From assembly GCF_009914755.1 (NCBI RefSeq), contig NC_060937.1: a DNA stretch of 64,000 nucleotides; one strand, given 5' to 3'. The notes under the pieces were generated by a model that did not search any database, was not told the DNA's origin, and saw only the letters and a list, made by a program, of their open reading frames with translations. This document shows positions 15,682 to 27,959 of this stretch, one piece after another (positions within the stretch are counted from its first letter, which is position 1; the number at the start of each line of letters is the position of its first letter). The DNA is from the human T2T-CHM13v2.0 reference genome, Homo sapiens. The position numbers and the translations under genes were made by a program.

Positions 15682-16008
15682 CTGTAATGAAAGGGAGAGG
15701 CCTATGAGTCTTCAAATTATTTTCACTCATTATAGAAAAGTTAGATTACACAATACCGTCTGGTATTAAACGTAATTACCATCTAAAGGAACTGCAGTAT
15801 AACTTTGCAGAGCATTACATTTGAGGGATTTTGCTCAAATCTTGAACTCCACAAGTAATTCATTTAAAAGTATTATCCAAGGTTGGTTAATGTAATGTAA
15901 TCACATTAGCAGACAACAGGAAAATAGTCTTTCAGTGGTAATTATGTAAAACTATGACTGTATAACTAAGAGAATAGATAATGAGTATTTCCTGGAAATG
16001 GCTCTTAC

Positions 16009-16095
16009 CTGACTCCACTAGAGTGACAATGTGATCTTCCCAAGTAGAGACAACAGCGGATGCTAATGGGTGAGCTCGTCGGTAATGGCCTCTTG
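16009..16095 (-). CDS. NALCN: Putative alternative cassette exon of NALCN (87 nt, in-frame, +29 aa: (S)KRPLPTSSPISIRCCLYLGRSHCHSSGV(R))
   Basis: ctttttcctcatctcag|CAAGAGG...GGAGTCAG|gtaaga; phase 2-2 and stop-free in the frame set by exon 18; matches the tail of ORF 16005..16190. Confidence 0.75.
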
Positions 16096-16657
16096 CTGAG
16101 ATGAGGAAAAAGCTGCATTTTTATCCTAGTGGATACCCCACTCCTTTGTGAGTCAGCCCTATCCTGAGTAAATGGATCTGGCTCTTTCATAGCAACTGCC
16201 AGTTAGTTCTTCCCAATCTTGTGTTATTCATAAAAATGTTTTCATAGAAAGGCATGTAAATACATGGGCGACCAGAACTTCATTGTAGGCAGAAAATAAA
16301 ATAAACCTTGAATGTCTTTATCTTACGCACTTATACCCATACTATAAACAAAAAAGAAAAATTAACTCATGAGAAATCCATGCCTTTCGTGCATCTATTA
16401 AATTTCAGCATAAAAAATGTCTGCAACCCCGCATCATTCACTGGGCTTCAAATTTAGTAACCCAACTACTGACTCCGAAACATGCAAATTACAATGCAAA
16501 GGCTGAACTTTTTACTACAATAAAAGTGAAATTTTGTAAATGCTGCAGGAACTGCATTGGCCAATTTTCAACAGATATGTATTCCATTTTTCTTTACTAC
16601 TTTACTCTCCAGTGACAAAATAACAAAAGAAAGACCTTGTTAAGATATCTTTCCATC

Positions 16658-17352
16658 TCCATGGTTCTATCTTTCCCAGAATGCCATATAGTTAGAATCA
16701 TACAGTATGTAGACTTTTCAGACTGACTTCTTTTACTCAGTAACAGGCATTTATGTTTACACCATGTCTTTCCATGATGATATCTAATTTCCTTTCCATG
16801 CTGAATAATTATTCCACTGTCTGGATGTACCACAGTTTGCTTATCCATTCTCCTACTGAAGGACATCTTGGTTGCTTCCAAGTTTTGGCAATTAGGAATA
16901 AAGCTGCCATCAACATCAATGCATGTCTATGGAGACACATATCTATGTATTTCTATGTGCATTTCTATGTCTGTGGAAACAGTAAAAAGATCATTGGTTG
17001 CCAGGGTTTGTGGGGAGGGAGGAATGAATAGGTGGAGCACAGAGGATTTTTAGAGCACTCAAATTACTCTGTATGATGTTATAATGATAGATACACATCA
17101 TCACATATTTGTTCAAACCCATAGACTATAGTACTCTAGGAGTGAACCCTAGTGTCAGCTACAGACTTGGCGTGATAGTGATGTGTCAGTGTAGGTTCAT
17201 CAATTGTAACAAATGTACCACTCTGATGGGGATGTTGATAGTTGGGGAGACTGTGCCTGTGTGGGGGCAGAAGGTACATGGGAAATCTCTGTACCTTTGC
17301 TCCATTTTGCCGCAAACCTAAAACTGCTCAAAAAATAGTCTATTAAAAAAAA
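16658..17352 (+). mobile_element. L1MC-type 3' end with inverted 5' segment
   Basis: 16658-16917 is L1 3'UTR in minus orientation; about 16970-17352 is the adjoining L1 3' end in plus orientation with A-tail. Confidence 0.75.
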
Positions 17353-20300
17353 CTTCCCACATCTGTTTGGTAAAACTCAATAGTAGCCCTTCTAATCCAT
17401 AACACTATTATAATCACTTTTGGGCTTAACTAAAAACAATCTATAAATCATATGCTATCTCAATAAAATATAACATATTTTGATTACCGCAAATCAGGTA
17501 CTATCTAAAAATGTGATTAGAATATATTATTTTTGTTTTAGTTATATTTTGCCACTTTTAAATCTTTACTATTTTATGTTTTATGCAAAAACATATATCT
17601 ACACATCTTGTCTCCTTAGTTTATGGTTGTCTGAATACAGTTAATTTTCATCTATCTACTTAGCTTATTTCCAAATAGTCTTTCAACTAACTTATCAGAG
17701 TTTTTAAGTGTCAGGAAAATCTTAAGAAAAAGCCAACAATAACCAGGCAGACTTCATAGAATTGCAAAGATAAATATTTATGACATTCATTCTCATACTC
17801 TATTTTCTTAAAACTTGGGGTTATTCATACCAAATGCTAAGAAAAAAATTGCTGCTATCTCAGGGGTTGGCACAAACCCTAGGCTGCAAGGGTCTCTGTC
17901 GTTTCTTTCTCTCATCTGTAGGGTCAGTCCAGCACCTTCCCTTTCCACTGAGGAGCTGAGCTCAAAGGTCCAGGGGACGCTGTAAGGTACTCAGGCCCTC
18001 CCAGCAGTGTACAGGGTGTCTTGCTAGTTCTGCCCAGAATGCGGAGCTGCAGAGAAATAATATGACCTTATCCAAAGTTGCTGAATAGCTGGCTAACCTA
18101 TGGAACAATAATTATAAAAGGAGAACTTTCCAAATGGGAAAAAGCAAATGGTGTGAAATGCCTGGCATGTGAGACACTACAGAGATATTTCTCGAATGAA
18201 TGCGTGAATTCTTAGGGGCACTTTCTTTCAGGAAAAAAAATCCAGCTAATGTCATTTACATAATTGCAGATTAATAAATACATAGTGATTATATATATAT
18301 GTAAGTAGTATATAAGTTGTATTTATAGTCATTAAATGATTCTTTTAAAATGATAAGAGAAAAACTATCTCTATGTATTTTATTAAATCCGTTTAATTTT
18401 TTTCTGTAGTAAGTAGCACTAAACTAAAGACTATTCCTTAAGACTTAAACAGTTATTAATATAAGTGCATGGCAAAGAAAGTTACGTTATAAAACCAAAT
18501 GTCAGAATGCAAACATCATACGAGACTGAGCATTCGAAAGGTTATAAATATATTGTCCTCACTAAGGAGGTACTCATGGCAAACCACACAAGGATGGAAC
18601 TTTCTAAACTAATGTAAAATGTTTAATTGTTTTATTTTAACATTTCTCTATTCATTCAGCCTTGCAGGAACGATAATGCATTTTTTGCTCGATTTCAGGG
18701 CTTTGAATTAGAGGAAATCTCAACAAAGGTAGTGATGCTTTTGAAAGTACATTGCTATTTGTTTTTTATTTCGCCTGATGAGAGAAAAGGTCACTGCCTT
18801 TTGAAAAGAAGCTTTATTTAGTGGAGCTGAACGATACAGTCTAAGTCAGAACAACAATAAATTTAATAGCAATCCTGGATTTTATAATTCAGGTAGTGGA
18901 ACATCCTCTTCGGATAACTCTTAAAAAACAACAACTCAGATGCCTGTTTGTGCCAAGTGAATCATCTGCATTTTAGCATGGGCCAGTAGCCTCAAGTTCT
19001 GTAAAAATGGCCCACTTTTTTTTTTCTCATCAAAGAGTTCTCAAATATATCAAAAAATTCATTTATATTTCTCAAAACATCAATTAATTTTCAAAAGTAC
19101 AAGAACATGAATTAAAGATGATTATACATAGAAATGGGTGATTCTACCTGTGAGTTACATACCTCAGGCTCTAGGGCCCTTCCTCTCTGAAAGACTTCTT
19201 CCTCTGTGGGCTGGAATTTCCTGTTCATAGTAATGTATATAACATACTTTCTGCTAGAATAATGTGGATCCTGTTTCAAATGGAAGATGGATATTTGGAA
19301 ATGTGGGTCCCCCCTGAGAACTAAGACCCCTGGCAGCTCTCCAGCTTAATTTCCAGGGCTGAGAGCTGAGCCTCTGCGTCAATATGACTTGACTTGTCCA
19401 GGAAGGTAAAGCTGTTAAACAGTCAGCAACTTCACCGTTGATTTCAGGCACTTCCCACAAATTCATTTATCTGAACTATAGACTGCTGGGCCAACCCCTT
19501 TCTCCAGACAGTAGGTCACTCAACTGGTCAAGCTAGTCACCTACAAATAGTTGGTATTCATTAGGATTTTTTGTGAAGACTCTACCCAATGGGGATCAAT
19601 GCCAAACTTAAAAAAAAAAAAAAACCACTATAAAAGTCAGTTGTATTTGTTTGTTAAAGGTAATACATGTGTCTGGTTAAAAATCTGAAAGGCACAAAAG
19701 AAAAAATAAATTTCATGTGTGAAGAGGACAACATAAGGTCACCATTTATTTTTCTTCTCTTAGATCACCCAAGTCAAGAAGGAGAATGAAAATAGAAGGG
19801 CAAACTCGCTGTAAAGAATGGATTACTCAAATGTTGAACCAAAGCCGGGGGAAAGAACATGGAAAGCAGTGGAGAGGCACCAGGCAGGTCGCTTTCTCTT
19901 TCTGGTCCTCAACCACAGCACTGCCGTCTTCAGAACAGTAACTATTACTTGTCCATACCAGGCATCTTCAATACTCCTCAACTCATATCAAGAATTCTGC
20001 CCAGTCTAAACAGACCTCCATCCTACAAACACTGAAACCCAAACCCAAAACCTTACATATATCCACCTCTCACTTATCCCTTCTGAGACATTATGAAAAC
20101 AAAGTGGCAGTTTCCCTTACTGGAATAAGTATTAAATTTTGCTTGGTCAATAGATTATTCAGACAATCTTTTTAAGGTAGATAAGAAAACTGAGGGTCAG
20201 ATTAGTGAGGTGTTCAATGTTACAGAGAAGCAGAGCCTGATCCCAGCCAGGGGGGATTTAACACCAAGTCCAGTATCCTACATTAGATCTTCAGGGGCCC

Positions 20301-21929
20301 TGAAGATCGCCTCCTCCTAGCTCCCATGGAATAGACAAGAGAGCTGAGAATTGAAATTAATTGTCTGTTTACACAGCCAGGCCTCCAGAAACCTTAAGTC
20401 AAGGGGTTGCTTTATTTTTTCCCAAATACTTGTTATTTTTTGGAAAGTTATCTCAAGACGCTAATATTTCATAAAAACTTCCTATTCTTATATCACTCTG
20501 GATTTAAGGTTTTTGTGATTTATCTCTATCTGCACACAAATTAGGACGAATGCCAACCTGTGATATTTGCCGGAATGATCCAGCTCAGGTCTCTTTTTCA
20601 AGCCTCCCTATACTGCTGTTACTTACCTCCCTGGCGAGGAACCTCTTGGATAAGACTAAAGACAATAATTCTATGAAATTAAAAACACCTAGAAAGTTAA
20701 GAGGAATAGAACACTAAAACGGCAGTCTCTTCCAGATTTCTTTTATTTATATCAAGATAGACCCATCTATTAAAAGACAGAATCTGCATCCTCTTTGTCT
20801 TAAAAGCCCTTTCATTTTTTAAAAGCCTTCTTTCAAAATGCAAATGGTCCTGGGAGACCCCACTGCTAAGTTATCCAGGAACCTTGGCAGAGTTTAATCG
20901 ACAGCAAGGTTGGAGCCTAGGAGAGCGGAGTCCCTAGAGGCAGTAAAAAGACACTGAAAAAGTGGTGGAGAGCTTTTTCTCCTTCCCAATTTTGTGGAAG
21001 GTTATTCGAATCAATTGTCCTGAGGTTACTGCAAATGTTTTCCTTTTTTTTTTTTTTAAAAAAAATTCTTTTTCTCCCTCTTTTTTTCCTTTTAGCTGTT
21101 ATTGTTCCTTGAAAAACAGTATAAAACAATACAAACACTCATTGACATGGACCCAATCTATTCTTGACTTTTTAACTGATGGATCACATTATAATGCAGG
21201 TATGGTATCATTGCCATTACTATTACTACGATTAGTGGTGAAAAGATAAGTATTCCCAAAATATCAGTTTGATTTTTTGCACTTGCCCTTAATTCATGCA
21301 GAAACTAGCATAGAAGCAATGAAGAAACCATTCGCACAGAAGAAAAAACAAAATGGCTTTCTAAGATCAAATTTGTATTTTAAAAAATTCTAAGGTTTTT
21401 TATTTTTTCAAATTATGGCTTTTTATTTCCTGAGTTTCAAAAGGTGATATAGCTCAGGTAGTTTTAAGGTGCTGCCTCTCATTCTGTAGTATGCTGGGCT
21501 GCAGTAAAATATTATTTATTGGCTGTGGGTATCCCCTAAACTACACCATTGTTAGGCAAGTTAGAGGTGTCTATATTCCCTGATAGTCTTAAAAATATTG
21601 CTCATGTACATTATATAATTGAAAAAACAAAAACACTTCTGTATATTTAAAAATCAGCAACTATATCCCTCTTGCACCACGTTAAATAGAAGAATGTAAT
21701 TTCTAGCATTATTGTGTTTGTGCTTGAAAATAATTTTAAGAAAATATTGGAGACTCTTCGCCATCCAATCTATTCAATTTTATGACATTGGGCACTTATT
21801 AAATCAGTTTTCATTGTTGAACCAATCAGCTGAATCTGTCAGAAAAAGTCTGGCTTTATTTTTCAATTCAAATAACATGTAACCACATGCCCTTGTGACA
21901 ATCATGTTATTTCTAAGGCCTAATCTAAG

Positions 21930-22630
21930 GTGGATAGCTTTGGGAAGGAAGTTATCCATAAAACTGTCACCTGGATAAATAATAAGGCACGGCCCCATGG
22001 GACCCTCTTTTTGGAGAAATCCAGGTGGGAACGGTCCTTTTGCTTGGCAACCCAGAGGATTTTACATCCCAGATTAATACACGCCATAGTTTCCGGATGA
22101 GTGAGAGTTTCACCTTTCTTTTGTAAACTGAGAGAGGGGTAAATAAGGACAGGAGGGTGAAAAAGGTAAAGTGATAGATCAGTTTTAAGGAAGAGTTCCT
22201 AGGGAAGTGAGGTCTGGAAATCTCTTCCTTGCCAGTATCTGTTTCTGCATCTGCCTTGGAAAGTCTCTGGGAACCCATTCACACAGAGGGCCCATTCACA
22301 CTGCAAGGCAGTGGCTCTGGACAGGTGAGTAAGGTCCCTGTAGTTCCTGACTTGGCAGGCAGATACTCGATGCAGACTGAGAATTATGATGTCCTTGTAG
22401 GTAGTTTCTGGCTTGAGGGTGAATTTCTCTTTTTAGTGAGTGGATCAGCCTTGCTGTAGGACCCTACCATGAACCTGTCTGATGTAGGTGCAGCTGGAAT
22501 CATGATCCTGATGTAACATGTGTGGTTCAAGGCCAGCCTCACTGCATGATCTGATGGTAATACCAGGATGGAGTTACCAGCCAGTCGGGAGTAAGCCTAA
22601 GTTGGGGCGCAGGTTGTCTATTTCAATGAG
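21930..22630. mobile_element. Probable old ERV LTR (family not identified)
   Basis: Abrupt GC-richer block in an AT-rich intron, no ORF, consensus + strand donor CAG|GTGAGT at about 22322; composition-based only. Confidence 0.35.
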
Positions 22631-23695
22631 ACCTTGTCTGTTTATCTCATCACATTTTGTGGTGATAATATACAAGCCCTAGAAATGCTTATTTTCATCC
22701 TATGACAGCTACTCCAACACATACTTAACTCTATGCATGAACGTCAGCCAATATTGAGAGAAATACTGTCTTGATGAGTTAGGAAATTTTTTTTGCACAC
22801 AAATTTTAGGTAGTATTATAAAGTAAGAATAGTTTTAAAGATCATATATACTAAGCTTTATTTTCTCACACAGTCTTCCAAGTTATAGTAATATGCATTC
22901 TGGAGAGAATGCATTAATGTCTATTCCTAGTAATAAATCTAGTAGAAGGGAGCTAGAACTCCTTATCACTCACCGCAGGTTTGCAGGGGGCTTCCTGGCA
23001 TGAATCTGTCCACTCGCCTTGCGAGCGATCCTACCTCCAGCTCCCAATCTTGAGTTGTGTCATCTACATATGTCTATGTAATATATGTACCAATAAATGA
23101 TATTCTAAATGCCTATGTGTTTTTATACTCATCATGTTACTCCATAATATAACATATAGTCTTATAAAACACTCAAGTCGGTTGCTTAGTTTTCCTCCTT
23201 GATACTTCATTTCAGCGCATCTTCTAGAAAGTAGCATTAAAAGCATATGTTTTCATAGGCATTCTAAGATTGGTATACTTTTTATTATTTCCGGATTTTT
23301 AATAAATGTGCTCTTAATAGTGTAATGAACTATAATGAAAAAGTTTACCCTTTTACCATTTATCCTTTAGATTGCAATTTCTCCTTTACATATCACAAAA
23401 GATATAAAACTGTTAAAAATAACAGTAAGTTATTTTCACCTTTTGGTCAATGTTTATACTTATCATTTATGTTTAAATACTTGAAAGAAAGGCCTACTGA
23501 GCTACTAAAATTTTTTTTTAGAAATGACATCAATATGTCTTTTACATTGTTTATAAGTACATAGATACTCAAAGCTACTTTCTGGCAGAAAGTATATGCT
23601 GATGCCCAGAACATTAATTCATTTTTCAAAAAGCTATTTTTCGATTAATATAATCCCACTTGTGTTTAAATATGTGTCAACATTAATTGGTGTTA

Positions 23696-23794
<99 letters not shown>

Positions 23795-24439
23795 TTAGTT
23801 TTGGAATGTTAAGAAATAATATACTGTCAAATCATTCAATAGATGACATTGTTAAAACATGAAACATGAATATGTTTCGCTAAAGCATCATCGTACAATT
23901 GACAATTCTTGTCTATTTTTACTTTTATTTGGGCAGCACCATGAACAAACTTGTGGGGCCCCACGTCCCAGCCACGGATGGTGCATTGGCTGTGCCTCAC
24001 TCTGATAATGGCCTTCGTCTGAATAAAATTTTCAGTTTCCAAAGACTTTAACGTTGACCCTCATACTGGACTCCTTATTTGTCTTTGATTAGCGCAATGT
24101 TCTCTAATCCACATTATGTCTGCTGCAGGTTCTTGGCCTGTAACCTAACACTAATCTGAACAATGAGTTTAGGAGTTGTTTTGCTTGCAGGTGTGGGGAA
24201 TGAATGAAATGGGCATTCAAGATCTCTTCCTAGTTGGCGATGATAAAATTACTCCAGAGAAGAGAACTAAGGAGAAAACCATCCTGGATGCTGACTGTAA
24301 ATTCAAAGATATACTCCCCAAGCTCAGTTCTGTGTGGCTTGCTAGTTGCAGATTTTAGATTGGTGGAAGGTGTACAAGGAGTTAAAGCAGGCAGAAGAAG
24401 GGCAAAGAGAAAACAGGCAAATGGGCCACTATGTTCTCA

Positions 24440-24500
24440 TAATAATAAATAAATAACTAGATTCACAATAATAAATAACTAGAATAAATAATAAATAACA
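24440..24500. repeat. AT-rich tandem repeat (aataataaataactag)
   Basis: About three imperfect copies. Confidence 0.7.
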
Positions 24501-25585
24501 GGAAAGTGTAACTCCAGTAGTCAGACTGAAGATAGTAATTGAGACCTGTTCATTTTGATCAATAGATTAGATTTACTGAGCACTTAGCATGATATTAGTG
24601 ACCATAGGAGATTTAGGGTAAATAGAATTTGGAGTTCTTGGTTTCTAGAAGTGAATAGCCTAGATAGGAAGACAAGGGTAGGACACATGAGATCATCAGT
24701 GACAAGTACAGTGCAGTAGATGGCACAGTGCTAGATGATACGTAAAGGAGAAAACACAAGATCAGAGGGGCTGGAGCTCTCTGCGGTGGAACAGCAAGTC
24801 TGGACTAGTCGGCAAAGGCTTCAATGAAAAAGTGGAGGTTATACTGGGCCTTGAAGGAAGGCTAAGATTCCTAGAGGCAAAGGCGGTACTGGGTGAAGGA
24901 CTGAAGTGGACATGTGTGCACAGGGCAAGTTAATTTGGTACAAACTACCTGTATAAGTGCTGTGCTAGCCAGATCTTGAAACCAGGCAAGAAGCCCTACA
25001 GGGCATACTGTGTGTCAAACAAAGTTGAGGGGGGAAAGAAAACCCTCAGAAGACAGAAAACTCTGTATTCAGTAAAAATAGATCACCTAGTTAGTTTCTT
25101 TTCAACAAGGGTTAGGTATGTTGAGGTACAAACTCACAGCACCCCATTCTACAAACAAAGCTATGAACAAATGCTATAATGTCAGTCAGTGTGTCCATAA
25201 AGCCATAGTGGAGAAGAACCAGAGTAACAAACAGGTCTTTTTAGTCACAAATGATAACCTAGATAACATCAAAACTAGCAATCCACTTTTCATATTTTAC
25301 AGCAGATATGTAGTAAAGATCAGCATCACTGAACATACTGGTGATTTCCCCCTCATGAGGAAAGGTGGTTTGTTCATTTTTCTGCTCAAAAATGAAAAAC
25401 CGGAATTGGTTTCATTATTCACTAGAACTCTTAGGAGAAAAATTAATGTATGGACAAGGAGACAAGAGTGGATACCAACTATTTGGAACTTCCATTTTCT
25501 TGGTAGCACATACATGCTATTTCCAATGATAAATCTTGAAACTTTCCTACTTCTCCCCTCCTGAAAGAGTTGACTTTTGGCATAA

Positions 25586-25879
<294 letters not shown>

Positions 25880-26414
25880 AAAAGTTGACTTTTGACATGG
25901 ATTTAACCTCTCTTGAGTTGACAGCTCAGCTCCTAAGGAAAGCTGCTTGGAGCCGCTTTTGGAGATGGAAGACTCAGCTGGTGGCCCCATCATCGTGGAG
26001 CATCTGCTCTTTAGACACCTAAGAACACACATAGTCCTGAGACAGACCCAGGCACAGAGGTCCTGTGACAGTGAGTTTTAAGAGAGGACTCCAGATTCCA
26101 CAACTCTTATTTCATCTTGAAAGGACAATGACATGTGTTAGTTGTCTTTCCTTCAGTGGAAGATGAGAGTCTGAATCCAATCACTTATCTACTGCCCCTG
26201 CAATTTCACGTTAGGAAAAACTTTTGGGATAATATCTGGTACACTATTGCCTAAATGATTTCTGCCCTGCACAAGATTGCTAAAAGGCTACTGAATGGCC
26301 TTTGTCCTGAATTTGAACTAAGACAAAATACAGTATTAATTCATACAGGAGAGTACTTGAGAACTGTTTTTATAACTAATGCCAGAGGTAGCAGGAGAAT
26401 CAATATTATAATAG

Positions 26415-26759
<345 letters not shown>

Positions 26760-27026
26760 TAAAAGAAGGAAAGGACTCACACACACATATATATGTCTTC
26801 TTTCATCTACTTATACATATATATATGATATTACATTTGATGTCCTAGATATGTATTTAGATCGTTATATACTTTCTTTTTTCTACTAAATAAAGAAGGC
26901 CTATAGTGATTATCTAGTTATTCCCTTCTTTTTTCTTACTTCTATAGTAAAGCTTTGCGAATTTTTTTTGGCAAAGGGCATTCCTAGACTGTGCTAAACA
27001 TAAAGAGCTCAGAGCTACACTGCTCT

Positions 27027-27046
27027 GCAGTGCCCTCTTCTGGCTC
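27027..27046 (-). promoter_or_regulatory. CTCF-like motif
   Basis: Reverse complement GAGCCAGAAGAGGGCACTGC; motif only. Confidence 0.45.
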
Positions 27047-27643
27047 TAGAAGATACTGACAATCACCTGAAATAATTAGCAAAACAAAGAATACAGAGAT
27101 CCATTTCATGATGAGTAATTTCAGATCTGAAATTGTAAATTACAGCTATGAAAGGAGCCAGTAATTGCTCATTCTGGATGTAAACATATCAGAGATGTGG
27201 GAATAAAAAGGAAGGGGATGAATGATGGAATTACAAGGAGTTTACTTTGAAAAAAGTCAAAGATTCGTTGAAGAAGATTTTCTTCGGTTTTGTTTGGAAA
27301 CTGAAAACATCCAACTGCCTCAGATAACAATTCTTTGACAGAATTAATAACTCAAAACAAGTAAATTAAATTTAAATTATCAACAATATAGAGATATTTT
27401 AAGTCTTGAACTTCTAAGTTAAAACACGTTTCCAGAATTACATACTTTAACACATAATTCAAAAGCTTCAACTCAATTCCCATAGAGTTATTTGTGATTG
27501 AATAATTTGGACCTGAAAGACATTCCAATGTATGAATCTTGCTGATTTTTTGGCGATGTCTTCTAATTAATCTACATGTTACCCTTTTTTCCCCTTAAAA
27601 TAGAGAAACCTGGGCCATTTGACCTATAGTTTTTGAGTCTGGA

Positions 27644-27951
27644 TTTTTTTTTTTCTTTTTTTGACAGGGTTTCGTTCTGTCACCCAGGCTGGAGTGCATG
27701 CAGTGGAATTATCATGACTCACTGCAGTCTTGACCTCCTGGGCTGAATCGATCCTCCTGTCTCAGCCTTCTGAGTAGCTGGGACTACAGGCGTGTGCCAT
27801 CACATATAGCTAAGTAACATTTTTTTTTTTTTAAGAGATGGGGTTTCTTCATGTTGCACAGGCTGGTCTTGAAATGCCTGGGCTCAAGTGATCCTCCTGC
27901 CGTGGCCTCCCAATATGCTGGGATTGTAGGAGTAAGCCACCGCACCCAGCC
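27644..27951 (-). mobile_element. Alu (AluJ-like)
   Basis: Diverged dimer; flanks gagtctggatttt on both sides. Confidence 0.92.
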
Positions 27952-27959
27952 AAGAGAGA

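Noticed and set aside
20619-20636. acttacct...ctggc resembling the U1 snRNA 5' end
   Set aside because: Similarity stops after a few bases; it is simply the complement of a consensus splice donor.
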